From positions 128,001-192,000 of the forward strand of contig CAVVYZ010000017.1 of NCBI GenBank assembly GCA_963752595.1: DNA of 64,000 nt, in the 5' to 3' direction. Numbering within the stretch: position 1 is the first letter of the stretch; the number at the start of each line of letters is the position of its first letter. The translations under genes were made by a program, and so were the position numbers. The notes under the pieces were generated by a model, which saw nothing but the letters and a program-made list of their open reading frames with translations, was not told where the DNA came from and did not search any database. Below are positions 1-14,297 of the stretch, piece by piece. Source of the stretch: an uncultured delta proteobacterium. Its GTDB lineage: Bacteria > Desulfobacterota > Desulfomonilia > UBA1062.

Positions 1-226
1 TGTCCATACCTTACCTCATGGGCAAAAAGATGTACAGGGATTAGTTCCACACCACACTCCAGCCAAAGGAAAATTCGAGATCAAATATCATACAAAAAGA
101 GTAAGGGCTCTGTTCTGTTTTTCAATGGATGAAAGATGATCGATGTTGAGAAATTTGAAGGTATTCCAAAAAGGAAGCATGAATGAAAAAAAGGATAAGC
201 AGTCGAAGACAGTCGACAAAAGTACC

Positions 227-255
227 TTGACAAAGAAAATGTAGTTGCTTATATG
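227..255 (+). promoter_or_regulatory. sigma70-type promoter of tRNA-Gly
   Basis: TTGACA (227-232), 17 nt, TATATG (250-255), 16 nt upstream of the tRNA. Confidence 0.6.
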
Positions 256-271
256 GGTAGGGTGTTTTTGG

Positions 272-346
<75 letters not shown>

Positions 347-454
347 AACTTTTACTTTAGTCTTTCTTGGAAAGATAAACCTCCCTTCGGCAATATCATT
401 TCTTGCACGAACCTTGTGGTCCTGTGCCTCATATCATTCGTCAGAGATAGTGGC

Positions 455-494
455 AAAAAAAGCCTTGCGGCGCATACCGATCCGCCGCAAGGCC
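455..494 (-). terminator. Intrinsic terminator downstream of asnS
   Basis: Minus strand hairpin GCCTTGCGGCG...CGCCGCAAGGC followed by T7. Confidence 0.8.
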
Positions 495-542
495 GCGTAC
501 TTCTTTACTTCTGAGCCCTCAACCCATTCCTTCTTGCCCCTC

Positions 543-1838
543 TTACGGATATGCGCGATAGATCATCCTAGGGAACGGAATGGTTTCACGTACATGCTTG
601 AGCCCGCAGATCCATGAGAGGGTCCTCTCGATCCCGAGGCCGAACCCGGAATGGGGGACGCTGCCGTACTTTCTCAAATCGAGATACCAGCCATAGCGCT
701 CCGGCTCGAGATTATTGTCCCGTATTGCCTGAATAAGCTTGTCGTAATCGTCCTCGCGCTGAGATCCGCCGATGATCTCCCCATATCCTTCCGGCGCCAG
801 CAGGTCGGCGCACTTGACATACTCGGGTTTGTCCGGGTGCTGCTTCATGTAGAATGCCTTGACCTTCTTGGGGTAGTTCTCGATGAAGATGGGTTTGTCG
901 TAGAGGCTCGTTATGATGGTTTCGTCATCTCCCCCGAGGTCGGCCCCCCACTGGATGTCCGAGCCGTTCTTCCGGAGGAGTTCTAACGCCTCGTCGTAGG
1001 TGATTCGATTGAAAGGCGGCTTGACCTTTTTCAAAGGCTCAAGATCTCTCTCCAGGGATATAAGCTCTGCTTCCATCTCTGCAAGGGTGTTCTGGACGAT
1101 GTACGAAACAAAGTCCTCCTGGAGTGCGAGATTCTTGTCATGATCGAAGAACGCCATCTCGGCCTCGACCATCCAGAACTCGATGAGGTGCCGGCGCGTC
1201 TTGGATCGTTCCGCTCTGAATGTGGGGCCCAAGCAGAAGACCTTCCCCAGCCCGAATATGGCAGCCTCGAGGTAGAGCTGGCCGGTCTGGGAGAGGTATG
1301 CCTTCCCGAGGTCGAAGTAATCGACCGAAAACAGGCTTGAGGTATCCTCGCCGCAGGTGGTGGTGAATATGGGCGAGTCGATCAGGGTGAAGCCGTTTTT
1401 ATGGAAATATTCCCTGACATGCCGTACCAGCGCGTCCCTTACCCGCATGATGGCAGTCTGTCTGCTTGATCTGAGCCAGAGATGGCGGTTGTTCAGGAGA
1501 AAGTCCGGGCCGTGCTCCTTCTTTCCGATGGGAAACTCCTCGGACTTGTGAACGATCTCTACCTTTGTTGCGTTCATTTCATACCCGCCCGGCGATCTGG
1601 GCTCTTCCCGTACCGTTCCCTGAACGATCACGGACGATTCAATGGGGATCTTCTTGATTTCAGGATAGATCTCCTCGCCCATGACTTCTCGTTCCGCAAT
1701 GACCTGGCAGATACCGCTTCCGTCCCGGATAATGAGAAAAGAAAGCTTGCCGCTGGACCTCCTGTTGGAAACCCATCCCTTGATGATGACCTCTTCTTCC
1801 GTATGTTTGGAGAAGTCCTTGATGAGACATTCTATCAT
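543..1838 (-). CDS. asnS: Asparagine--tRNA ligase
   Basis: OB-fold N-terminus, NRHLWLRS, YLSQTGQLYLE, FRAE..TRRHL.EFWM.E, GGSQRE, PHSGFGLGIER. Confidence 0.95.
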   Translation of the reverse strand: MIECLIKDFSKHTEEEVIIKGWVSNRRSSGKLSFLIIRDGSGICQVIAEREVMGEEIYPEIKKIPIESSVIVQGTVREEPRSPGGYEMNATKVEIVHKSEEFPIGKKEHGPDFLLNNRHLWLRSSRQTAIMRVRDALVRHVREYFHKNGFTLIDSPIFTTTCGEDTSSLFSVDYFDLGKAYLSQTGQLYLEAAIFGLGKVFCLGPTFRAERSKTRRHLIEFWMVEAEMAFFDHDKNLALQEDFVSYIVQNTLAEMEAELISLERDLEPLKKVKPPFNRITYDEALELLRKNGSDIQWGADLGGDDETIITSLYDKPIFIENYPKKVKAFYMKQHPDKPEYVKCADLLAPEGYGEIIGGSQREDDYDKLIQAIRDNNLEPERYGWYLDLRKYGSVPHSGFGLGIERTLSWICGLKHVRETIPFPRMIYRAYP

Positions 1839-1945
1839 ATCGTCTTATCAGCCTCCTTTGCCTGTGAACGTTCATAACGTATTAGCCATCTTGAATCAAC
1901 TACAAACAATTGATTCTTTGCAAGCATAGTGCTATCTCTTGCACT

Positions 1946-2299
1946 ATGAATTTCGGATATAAAATTTGGATCGAAAAGGACGGGAATACGGTTTTCGGGA
2001 TGGGGATCTTCAGGCTCCTGACCCTTGTAGCGGAGACAGGGTCATTGCATAAGGCTGCCCAGGAACTCAAGATGTCTTATCGTGCAGCATGGGGAAAGGT
2101 CCGGGATTATGAAGAAAGGCTCGGGATAGGCCTGCTTGAAAAGGGAAGGCACGGCAGGACCGGCGCCCACCTGACTCAGGAGGGTCAGCAGATCATGACC
2201 CGCTTCAAGGATATCCTCAAAGAGGTGGATAAGACCCTTACCGCAGACCCCATCGCAAAGTTGATAAACAATATCGGACATGTCGATCCGACCGCGTGA
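1946..2299 (+). CDS. ModE-family winged-helix regulator (DNA-binding domain only)
   Basis: KIWIE...FG.G...LL..V.ETGSL.KAA.EL.MSYRAAW motif; no TOBE domains. Confidence 0.85.
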   Translation: MNFGYKIWIEKDGNTVFGMGIFRLLTLVAETGSLHKAAQELKMSYRAAWGKVRDYEERLGIGLLEKGRHGRTGAHLTQEGQQIMTRFKDILKEVDKTLTADPIAKLINNIGHVDPTA

Positions 2300-2302
2300 C
2301 CG

Positions 2303-2764
2303 ATGGCGACCGTCGAACGCCTAAGCCGCCTCATAGCGACCTTTTTCGGTGCAGGCTATGCGCCGAAGGCCCCGGGAACGGTTGGAACCTGTGCGGCTTT
2401 GCCGCTGTATTTCCTGCTCAGGATGATGACGCTTCCCCGCTACCTTCTGGTTATCGGCGTCCTCACCTTGCTGGGAGCAGCTGCATCCACAAGGGTGGAG
2501 GCGCAGTGGGGGAAAGATCCTTCCAGGGTGGTGATCGACGAGGTCGTGGGATTGCTTATAGCGCTCGTCTCCAGGCCCAAAGGGGTCAAAGAGATTTGTT
2601 TGGCCTTTGTGCTGTTCCGGTTTTTCGACATCATCAAGCCGCCGCCGGTGAGCTCCATGGAATCCCTTCCCGGAGGAGCCGGCATCATGGCCGATGATAT
2701 GGCCGCAGGGGCATTGAGCGCGTTGGTGCTGGCCGGGATCCGGACAGCAGCGAAAAAATACTAA
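2303..2764 (+). CDS. pgpA: Phosphatidylglycerophosphatase A
   Basis: PKAPGTVGT, DPSRVVIDEVVG, FRFFDIIKP, GIMADD. Confidence 0.95.
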   Translation: MATVERLSRLIATFFGAGYAPKAPGTVGTCAALPLYFLLRMMTLPRYLLVIGVLTLLGAAASTRVEAQWGKDPSRVVIDEVVGLLIALVSRPKGVKEICLAFVLFRFFDIIKPPPVSSMESLPGGAGIMADDMAAGALSALVLAGIRTAAKKY

Positions 2765-2771
2765 AATACTT

Positions 2772-3860
2772 ATGGAAGTCTCCATCATTATCACCGGCTC
2801 CGAGATCCTGCGGGGCATGCGCCGGGATATGCTGATCCAGCCCATTGCCTCCATGATGGTAGCGCGCGGCATAACCATGGGGGAGATCCGCATCATAGGC
2901 GATGATCCGAGGATGCTTTCTGCCGCTGTACGCGAACTGGGTTCAGCGTCCGATGTCATTATCGTCACCGGCGGCCTCGGCCTGACACCGGACGATACCA
3001 CCCATACGGCGGTCAGGGAATTGCAGGCAGACCAGAAGGTTCGCATGAACCCTGAAATACAGAATCCCGTAGGCTCTGCCAAAGGCATAGACCTGCACCT
3101 TGAATCAGGCGCCCGGGTCATTTTTCTCCCCGGCGTTCCGCGGGAGATGTTGGCGATGTCCGGCAGCCTTGTCCAGAATTTGCGCCCGGAGTCCCCGGCA
3201 GTTACGGAGATAGCGGTCTTCGGCTTGCGTGAGGTGGAAATCGCAAGGCGCCTCGGGAAGTTGGCCGATTCGTGCGCCTTTCTGCCGAGGGACATGGAGG
3301 TTGCCCTGATCGTGCCTGACAAGATAGAGCAGGAGGTCCGCGGGATATTGAAGAGGCATGCCCTTGAGGAACAAAGCCTGAACGCTTCTGTCGGGGCTCT
3401 GCTCAAACGGAAAGGATTGACGGTTACCGTGGCCGAATCCTGCACCGGAGGCCTCATAGCGCATCTCATTACACAGCTCCCGGGCAGCTCTGCCTATTTT
3501 AAAGGAGCGGTCGTCTCTTACAGCAATGAGCTCAAGAGCACGATCCTGCATGTTCCGGCAACCCTGATCGACCGTCATGGAGCGGTGAGCCGCGAGACCG
3601 CCGAGGCTATGCTCAAGGGGGTCCTGGAAGCTACCGGAGCGGATACGGCCATGGCAACTACGGGGATTGCCGGCCCGTCGGGAGGATCCGAAGAAAAGCC
3701 GGTGGGAACGGTATGGATCGCCGCAGGCATGCAGGATTCCTATACGGTCAAAAATTTCTGCTTCCCGTTCGACAGGCAGGGGAACAAGATGATCTTTGCA
3801 AAGACAGCGCTCTTTCTCTTGAGGGAATTTATCCATGATACGGACGTTCATAGCCTTTGA
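2772..3860 (+). CDS. cinA: CinA family protein (MoCF-like domain plus NMN deamidase)
   Basis: GSEIL, TGGLG.T.DDTT, AESCTGG, TGIAGPSGGS..KPVGTV; between pgpA and recA. Confidence 0.92.
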   Translation: MEVSIIITGSEILRGMRRDMLIQPIASMMVARGITMGEIRIIGDDPRMLSAAVRELGSASDVIIVTGGLGLTPDDTTHTAVRELQADQKVRMNPEIQNPVGSAKGIDLHLESGARVIFLPGVPREMLAMSGSLVQNLRPESPAVTEIAVFGLREVEIARRLGKLADSCAFLPRDMEVALIVPDKIEQEVRGILKRHALEEQSLNASVGALLKRKGLTVTVAESCTGGLIAHLITQLPGSSAYFKGAVVSYSNELKSTILHVPATLIDRHGAVSRETAEAMLKGVLEATGADTAMATTGIAGPSGGSEEKPVGTVWIAAGMQDSYTVKNFCFPFDRQGNKMIFAKTALFLLREFIHDTDVHSL

Positions 3861-4389
3861 GCTCCCGGATGAGATCAAGGCCTGCCTGGGAGAGGTCATT
3901 TCCGGCCTGAAGCAGAAGAACCGGGCGGTGAAGTGGGTTCACCCCGAAGGCCTCCATGTTACGGTGAAATTCTTAGGCAGCATCGATGAAACCCTCGTAG
4001 AGCCTCTTTCCCGTGATCTGGACGCGATAACAGCCCTTCAGAAGCCCATACGCGTGTCCCTCGCTCGGATGGGGGCTTTCCCTGACCGGAAAAGGCCCCG
4101 GGTCATCTGGGCCGGTCTGAGCGGGGATACGGCCGTTATGGCCATGATTGCCCGGCAGGTTGACGATATGTGTGCCGGATACGGCATGAAACCTGAAACC
4201 AGGCCGTTTCGGGCACACGTAACCATGGGTAGACTAAAGGTGCCGAGTGTGGTAGATTTGGCACAGGAAATTGAGGAAAGGGACTTCGTTATAAACAAAG
4301 TAGTTTTATACAAGAGCGAATTGTCCCCTTCGGGGGCCCGCTACGTTGTTTTGCATTGGAGCGTTCTTGGGCAAGAAAAAGGAGAATAA
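3835..4389 (+). CDS. thpR: RNA 2',3'-cyclic phosphodiesterase (2H family)
   Basis: RTFIA, two HxT motifs (HVTVKFLG, HVTMGR), S.L.P.GARY. Confidence 0.93.
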   Translation: MIRTFIAFELPDEIKACLGEVISGLKQKNRAVKWVHPEGLHVTVKFLGSIDETLVEPLSRDLDAITALQKPIRVSLARMGAFPDRKRPRVIWAGLSGDTAVMAMIARQVDDMCAGYGMKPETRPFRAHVTMGRLKVPSVVDLAQEIEERDFVINKVVLYKSELSPSGARYVVLHWSVLGQEKGE

Positions 4390-4392
4390 ATA

Positions 4393-5484
4393 ATGGAAGA
4401 CGGAAGAAAGCGTGCGTTACAGGATGCCATAACGAAGATCGAGCGTTCCTACGGGAAAGGCTCCATCATGCGTATGGGAGCCGACGACATCGGCAAGGAC
4501 GTTCCGGTCATTTCCACAGGGTCGATGCTCGTTGATTTCGAGGCGCTGACCATCGGTGGGATCCCCCGCGGAAGGGTGACCGAGATTTATGGGGCCGAGT
4601 CCTCCGGAAAGACCACTCTGTCTCTGCATTGTATCGCATCAGCCCAGGCCCAGGGCGGAGTTGCTGCATTCATCGATGCTGAGCACGCACTGGACATCAA
4701 TTATGCAAAGAAACTCGGCGTCAATGTCGAAGATCTCCTGGTATCCCAGCCGGATTCCGGCGAGCAGGCCCTCGAAATCGCCGAGACGCTGGTCCGGTCG
4801 AATGCCGTGGATATCGTAGTAATCGACTCGGTGGCAGCTCTGGTTCCCAGAGCTGAAATCGAGGGAGACATGGGTGATTCCCATATGGGTCTCCAGGCAC
4901 GGCTCATGTCCCAGGCGCTGCGGAAGCTTTCGGGCGCTATTTCCAAAACGAACACAACGGCCATATTCATCAACCAGACACGGCAGAAGATCGGCGTCCT
5001 CTACGGCAACCCTGAGACCACGACAGGCGGCAACGCTCTGAAGTTCTATGCGAGCGTAAGGCTCCAGATCAAGAATGCCGGCCCCATCAAGGAAGGTACC
5101 GAAGTGGTCGGCAACCGGACCAAGGTCAAGGTGGTAAAGAACAAGATGGCCCCGCCGTTCAAGGAAGTGGAGTTCGATATCATGTTCGGCGAGGGGATAT
5201 CCCGTTTCGGTGAGATCCTGGATGTCGGAGCCATGCCCAGCAGGGGGATCATCGAAAAGTCCGGCGCGTGGTACAGTTATAAGAAACAGCGCCTCGGACA
5301 GGGAAGGGAGGCCGCCAAGGCGTACCTGAAGGAACATCCGGAAGTATTCGCCGAGATCTATGAAGACCTCAAGAAGACCTTCGCTGTTGCCGAAAACCAA
5401 GGAAAAAGGGTACAGCCCGCCGAGACTCGGGACAAGCCGGTCGAAGCCCTTGAGAACGAGGCAGGTACGTACGGGGAGGCTTAA
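4393..5484 (+). CDS. recA: Recombinase A
   Basis: [45 protein letters not shown]. Confidence 0.99.
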   Translation: MEDGRKRALQDAITKIERSYGKGSIMRMGADDIGKDVPVISTGSMLVDFEALTIGGIPRGRVTEIYGAESSGKTTLSLHCIASAQAQGGVAAFIDAEHALDINYAKKLGVNVEDLLVSQPDSGEQALEIAETLVRSNAVDIVVIDSVAALVPRAEIEGDMGDSHMGLQARLMSQALRKLSGAISKTNTTAIFINQTRQKIGVLYGNPETTTGGNALKFYASVRLQIKNAGPIKEGTEVVGNRTKVKVVKNKMAPPFKEVEFDIMFGEGISRFGEILDVGAMPSRGIIEKSGAWYSYKKQRLGQGREAAKAYLKEHPEVFAEIYEDLKKTFAVAENQGKRVQPAETRDKPVEALENEAGTYGEA

Positions 5485-6619
5485 ATGGATATTAACGATG
5501 TCTTGAGACAGGCAGTTGAAATGTCTGCCTCAGACATTCACATCAAGGTGGGCCTGCCTCCGGTTATCCGGAGGTTCGGTGCGCTCATTCCTTTACGGGA
5601 TCGTGAGCGTCTAACGAATGATGACATCTCATCCATGGCGTACAGCCTCATGAACCAGTACCAGCAGGCGAAATTCGATACGACCAATGAGATAGATCTG
5701 GCGCACAGCCTGTCCGGAGTGGCGCGTTTCAGGGTAAACTGCTTCAGGCAGAGGGGAAGCTACGGCATGGTGCTCAGGGTCGTCCCCACAGACCCTCCTG
5801 ATCTCGAAGAGCTCCATCTGCCCGAAGTCATTCAGAAGATCAGCGTGGAGCGCAAAGGGCTCATCCTCGTTACCGGTACGACGGGTTCGGGTAAGTCCAC
5901 AACGCTCGCAGCCATGGTGAATCATATTAATACCTACCGGAACTGCCACGTGATCACCATCGAAGACCCCATCGAGTTTCTGCACAAGGACAGGAAATGC
6001 ATCATCAACCAGCGAGAGGTGGGCGCTGACACTAACTCCTTCGCCATGGCGCTCCGGGCGGCGCTGCGTCAGGACCCGGATGTAATCCTGGTGGGTGAAA
6101 TGCGTGACCGGGAGACAATCGATATCGCACTCTCCGCTGCAGAGACAGGTCACCTCGTGCTCTCTACGCTGCATACCCTTGATGCGGTGGAAACCATCAT
6201 GCGCATCGTTTCCCAGTATCCACCTCACCAGCACCTGCAGGTAAGGCTCCAGCTCGCAGGCGTCGTCAAGGCGGTCATCTCACAGCGGCTCCTGCCGAAG
6301 GTCGACGGTGAAGGCGTGGTCCCTGCCTGCGAGGTCCTCGTATCCACAGCACGGATACGGGAGTGCATTATCGACGAGACCCGGACCAACGAGGTTCCGG
6401 ATGCCATTGCCGAAGGCCAGATCGCCTACGGCATGCAGACCTTTGACCAGTCCCTCATGGCGCTGGTGAAAGACGGCAGCGTAAGCTACAACGAGGCAAT
6501 GCGCCAGGCCACCAACCCCAATGACTTTGCGCTGCGCATGAAGGGGATCAGGGGCACCAGCGATTCGAAGTGGGACAGCTTCGAAGGGGAAAAGGCAGAA
6601 GAGCGGGGAGAGACCCCAG

Positions 6620-9737
<3,118 letters not shown>

Positions 9738-9741
<4 letters not shown>

Positions 9742-10316
9742 GAACGGCTACGGTCAGCAGGAAGACAAAAGAAACCGAGATAACGGTAAGTTTAGACCTT
9801 GAAGGAGGAGAGCTGATCCTTGACATCCCCTCCGGATTCCTGACCCACATGCTCGATGCCTTCTCAAAGCATGCGGGGATAGGCCTTACGGTGGAGGCCA
9901 AGGGCGATGTGCACGTGGATCTGCACCACACGGTTGAAGATATCGGCATCGTTTTAGGCCAGGCTATGAAGAAGGCACTGGGGGATAAGCGGGGGATCAC
10001 CCGCTACGGCCTGGCAAAGGTGCCCATGGACGAATGCCTCGTGGAAGTATGCCTCGACATCTCCGGCAGGTCCTATTTCCAGATTCACGGTGGGGACGTG
10101 TTCCATGGCCAGGCAGGAGACCTAGATCTGGAGCTCGTGCCCGAGTTTTTCCGAGCAGTAGCCTTCAATGCGGGCATCACCTTGCACATGACCGTATGCG
10201 CTGCGGGCAACGGCCACCACCTGGCAGAGGCCTCCTTCAAGGCATGTGCGCGGGCCATCAGAGAGGCGGTTGCCGTAACCGGCACCGAGATTCCCTCGAC
10301 AAAGGCCAGCCTATGA
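9738..10316 (+). CDS. hisB: Imidazoleglycerol-phosphate dehydratase
   Basis: R.TKET.I, HML, D.HHTVED, PMDE, HH.AEA.FK, IPSTK. Confidence 0.96.
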
Positions 10317-10570
10317 TGAAATTCCGGCACGCCAAGGTCAAGACAGCAGACAGCTACACCGCTCCCGGGAAGCCTTTTCACATGGAGATAGACGGAGCAG
10401 GCGTTGAGATCGAGCAGGTCATGAACCACTGGCGGCAGTCGTACGAAGATCCGAGTTTTTATCCCGAGGAGTTCTACGAGGTGAAGACATCCGATAAAAA
10501 GGTGTATATCCTTCGCTACTGCATCCTCTTCAACAGCTGGTGGGTAAAAGAGTACGAGAGGGCGTCATGA
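10313..10570 (+). CDS. Small hypothetical protein, DUF6504-like beta domain
   Basis: 85 aa; ATGA overlaps with both hisB and hisA; pattern I..V...W......FYEV.T......L......W. Confidence 0.7.
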   Translation: MMKFRHAKVKTADSYTAPGKPFHMEIDGAGVEIEQVMNHWRQSYEDPSFYPEEFYEVKTSDKKVYILRYCILFNSWWVKEYERAS

Positions 10571-11286
10571 TCGTCATCCCTGCCATCGATCTCCATGAGG
10601 GAAACGTGGTTCGCCTGAAGAAGGGCGCATTCGACGACGTCACCCGCTACAGCAGCGTGCCATCCGATGTGGCAAAGGCATTCCGCGATGCAGGGGCCAA
10701 GCGGATCCATGTGGTAGACCTCGACGGTTCACTGAAAGGGGAAGGCATCAATACGCAGGCAATAGAATCCATCTGTGCTGCGGCCGGAGTCGAGGTGGAG
10801 CTGGGGGGAGGCATCAGGAGCCTGGATGATGCGCGGCGGGCGTTCGATCTTGGCGTAACCTATGTGATTCTGGGAACGATCACGGCTGCCATGCCGGATA
10901 CTGCAAAAGAAATCATCAGGGCATTCCCGGGAAAAGTCGGGATCGGGATCGATGCCCTGAAAGGCTATGTAGCGATCAAGGGGTGGAAAGAGATTACCCC
11001 TAAGACCGCTGTTTCCCTGGCACGGGAGTATGAAGAGGCAGGTCCTGCGTTCGTAGTGTACACCGATATCGACCGTGACGGCATGCTCGCCGGACCCAAC
11101 ATCGAAGCAACAGGCGAAATGGTGCGGAGCGTCCACATCCCGGTTGTTGCCTCAGGCGGGGTTGCAGGCATAGAGGATGTCTGCGCTCTGAAGCAGATAC
11201 CTTCCCTTTTGGGTGTGATTACCGGCAAGGCGGTTTATGAAGGCCGGATAGATCTGAAAGCTGCCATACGTGAGTGCGAATCCTGA
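10567..11286 (+). CDS. hisA: ProFAR isomerase HisA
   Basis: IPAIDL..G.VVRL.KG, HVVDLDG, GGGIR, TDI.RDG.L.GPN, ASGG, GKA.YEG. Confidence 0.96.
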   Translation: MIVIPAIDLHEGNVVRLKKGAFDDVTRYSSVPSDVAKAFRDAGAKRIHVVDLDGSLKGEGINTQAIESICAAAGVEVELGGGIRSLDDARRAFDLGVTYVILGTITAAMPDTAKEIIRAFPGKVGIGIDALKGYVAIKGWKEITPKTAVSLAREYEEAGPAFVVYTDIDRDGMLAGPNIEATGEMVRSVHIPVVASGGVAGIEDVCALKQIPSLLGVITGKAVYEGRIDLKAAIRECES

Positions 11287-11300
11287 ATTAGGAGGAAGAG

Positions 11301-11636
11301 ATGGGTTGTATCTTCTGCAAGATTGTAGCGAACGAGATTCCCTCGTCAAAGGTTTATGAGGATGATCTGGTTGTTGCGTTCGATGACATCGAGCCATTGG
11401 CACCGGTGCACGTGGTCGTGATTCCCAAGAAGCACATTGCGGACATAGGCGAGCTCGATGACAGCGCAATCTGGTTTGCCATGCTCAAGGCCGCACAGAA
11501 GGCAGCGAAGATAAAGGGTGTGGACCGGACCGGGTACCGCCTCGCCATCAACTGCGGGAAAGACGGTACCCAAATCGTCCAGCATGTTCACCTCCACGTC
11601 ATGGGGGGAAGACAGCTCGAGAGCAAGATGGGATAA
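11301..11636 (+). CDS. Histidine triad (HIT) nucleotide-binding protein
   Basis: CIFCKIV, DI.P.AP.H...IPK.H, Q.V.HVHLHV.GG. Confidence 0.95.
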   Translation: MGCIFCKIVANEIPSSKVYEDDLVVAFDDIEPLAPVHVVVIPKKHIADIGELDDSAIWFAMLKAAQKAAKIKGVDRTGYRLAINCGKDGTQIVQHVHLHVMGGRQLESKMG

Positions 11637-11757
11637 CAAGGACAGAGGTAAGGATTCAGGGCCCGGAATCATAACGACCCTAAAATGAAATGCCCCGGTT
11701 TTATTCTTTATAAGAAAAACGGCCAAGCATATCCGTTACACTCAGCGCACCCTGAAC

Positions 11758-13029
11758 TCATGCAAAGGGGTGGTTCGATTTTTTCCTTTTTTGCAGGTGG
11801 CTTTCCCGGGTATCAGGGATCGAGAAGACGAAGAGGCTTCCTTTTTCCCCGTCGCTCTCCACGCTGATACAGCCGAAATGGGCCTCGATTGCCATTTTGC
11901 AGAATGTCAGGCCGAGCCCGGTGGAGAATCTTCTCCCGTCATTCTTCTTCGTGATCTGGAAGAATTTATTGAAAACGGCATCCTGGTATTCAGGGGCAAT
12001 GCCGGGTCCATGGTCCTGTACATGCAGCAATACTCCGTCAACGGTGTGCGTGAATCCGACCTCAACAAATTCACCAGCCGGAGAATGCTGGATCGCATTC
12101 ACGATCAGATTCTGCATGACCCGCAACAGAATGCCGCGGTCACCCCGGATGTTTCCCCGATCCCTATTTCCGGGGATAGACTCCTTGAGGATAATATCTC
12201 TGGCCTTCGCCATGCTGTTCAAACGGATTACGGCCTCATGAACAAGATCTGCCGGATCGATATCTTCATACAAAAGATTGATGCACCCCTCCTCAAGCCT
12301 GGTGATATCGAGGAGATCCGAGATCATGCGGAACAGGGTATCACAGGCGGATTGCGCCGACTGGACCCGTTCGAGGTCGTCATCGGCAGTGGTGTACGAA
12401 AGGATGTCGATGTTAGCCACAATCTCGGACAAAGGGCCTTTGAGATCGTGGATGAGCATGTTGAAGAGTTCGGTGCGGACCCTCTCCAGTTTCTGCAACT
12501 CAGCGTTCTTTTTTTTGATTTCATCCCTGCTCCTCCTCAGTGATTCGCCCTGACGCTGGCTTTCAATGGTGCTGATCACGGAAGAGGCAATGGTCAGGAG
12601 GAGCTCCTGCTCTTCGGCACTGAAGGTATCCTCGCCTTTCTTGTCGGTGATGCTCAAGACTCCGATTACCTTGCCCCGGCTCATGATCGGGGCAAGGAGG
12701 AAGGCCTCTTTTTTATAATGCGTAAACCTTTTATGGAATGCCGTTTCTTCTCCGCCCGGACCCATGTACAGGGTCCGCTTGTTCCTGACGACCCATGAAG
12801 AGGGGGTATCCTCTTCCACCGGATGCCTGAGCCCTACGAGGACAGGGTTTGTTGATGCAGCGATTTCAAAGGTATTATTCCCACGGAGAAGCATAATCGA
12901 GCCCTTTTCAGTATTCATGCAAAAGAGCACCTGCTCCAGAATGGACTTCAACTTCTCATGAAAGGAAAGGGATTTCTTATGAGATATCTCAACTATTTCC
13001 AATAAGGTTTTGAAGCTGTTCGAGTTCAT
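11758..13029 (-). CDS. GAF-domain sensor histidine kinase
   Basis: GAF domain, H-box HDLKGPL, NLIVNA, D.GPGI, GLGL.FCK. Confidence 0.92.
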   Translation of the reverse strand: MNSNSFKTLLEIVEISHKKSLSFHEKLKSILEQVLFCMNTEKGSIMLLRGNNTFEIAASTNPVLVGLRHPVEEDTPSSWVVRNKRTLYMGPGGEETAFHKRFTHYKKEAFLLAPIMSRGKVIGVLSITDKKGEDTFSAEEQELLLTIASSVISTIESQRQGESLRRSRDEIKKKNAELQKLERVRTELFNMLIHDLKGPLSEIVANIDILSYTTADDDLERVQSAQSACDTLFRMISDLLDITRLEEGCINLLYEDIDPADLVHEAVIRLNSMAKARDIILKESIPGNRDRGNIRGDRGILLRVMQNLIVNAIQHSPAGEFVEVGFTHTVDGVLLHVQDHGPGIAPEYQDAVFNKFFQITKKNDGRRFSTGLGLTFCKMAIEAHFGCISVESDGEKGSLFVFSIPDTRESHLQKRKKSNHPFA

Positions 13030-13043
13030 ATAATGCCCCCCTC

Positions 13044-14198
13044 TCAATCTAATTGCTTTAAAAGCTCTCTGGCCTCCCTGTTCCCCGGGTTGATTTTATC
13101 GACCTTCTGGAGAACCAGGTCGGCCCGTGCCGTCAGTTTCAGGGAGATATAGACCCTGGCAACCTTCAGGAGGGGCCGCACGTCTTTGTTCTCCTTCTTT
13201 TCGATCTCCGTGAGGTACGGCATGGCCTTTTTTGAATCTCCCGAACGTACATAGGCATCCACGAGCCTGGACATGAGATCGACACGGCCGGGGATGTGGC
13301 GGAGGACGAAAGTGTAGAGGTCTATGGCATACCCGTACTCCCCGTTGTTCATACAGATCGAGGCAATGTCTTCCCTGAGAGAAAGAGGGTCTTCGGCAAG
13401 GTCGAGAATCTGGGCAAAGACCTTGAGCGCTTTATTTATCAGGCCCTTCTCCAAAAGGATCTTGCCCAGATTCATGCCCCGCTCGAGGTGGCGCGGGCTG
13501 ATGACCATCGCCCGTTCATAATATTTGGCCGCACTGTCCATGTCTCCCTTCTTGAGGTAGATGTCACCTAGATAGTGGAAGGCAAAAACATCCATCGAGT
13601 TCATTTGAACGGCCTTGAGGAAAAGCTTTTCCGCCCCTTCCAGATCGTTCATTTTTAAGTAGAGGTATCCCAGTTCCCTGACGGGCCTTGAAGATGAAGG
13701 ATTCGCATCCATTGCAAGGCGCGCTTCGTCGATCGCCTTGTCGATATGTCCGCCCTCTTCGAGAATGCGTGAGTTCTTTAAATGAAGAAGCATGGGAGGC
13801 GGGCAGTTCGCCTTGGTAATGACCAGCTTTATCCGGTCTTCGAGGGCCTTTACGGTAACGGGCTTGAGAATATAGGCATCAATATCCGATTCTGCGGCCT
13901 CTGCAACGATCTCGCGGTTCGCCTCGGCAGTGACCATCACAACAGGCAGGTCGCGCAAGTTCCGGTCATCACGGATACGCCCCAGGAGCTCTACCCCGGT
14001 CATTACCGGCATGTTCCAGTCTATGATGGCAAGATCGATCTGTTCACCGCGCTCCAGGATTTTCCATGCATCTAACCCGTTAAAGGCGTAAAAAACCTGA
14101 CCGCCGATATTCAGGACTTTGAGCATGCTCTTGATCGCCTTGCACATATTCTCCATGTCATCAACGATAAGTACATTCATATGCTGCATATCTATCAT
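13044..14198 (-). CDS. Response regulator with C-terminal TPR repeats
   Basis: LIVDD, IIDWNMP, VMVTA, YILKP receiver followed by TPR helices. Confidence 0.9.
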   Translation of the reverse strand: MIDMQHMNVLIVDDMENMCKAIKSMLKVLNIGGQVFYAFNGLDAWKILERGEQIDLAIIDWNMPVMTGVELLGRIRDDRNLRDLPVVMVTAEANREIVAEAAESDIDAYILKPVTVKALEDRIKLVITKANCPPPMLLHLKNSRILEEGGHIDKAIDEARLAMDANPSSSRPVRELGYLYLKMNDLEGAEKLFLKAVQMNSMDVFAFHYLGDIYLKKGDMDSAAKYYERAMVISPRHLERGMNLGKILLEKGLINKALKVFAQILDLAEDPLSLREDIASICMNNGEYGYAIDLYTFVLRHIPGRVDLMSRLVDAYVRSGDSKKAMPYLTEIEKKENKDVRPLLKVARVYISLKLTARADLVLQKVDKINPGNREARELLKQLD

Positions 14199-14297
14199 GG
14201 CACCAACCTAATGTAGAATGATATAGATTACTTATACCCCTGTACGTCATTTTCAAGAAAAAAGTTAACGGGAAAAGCAAAGAAAAGAGCGAGGCAC

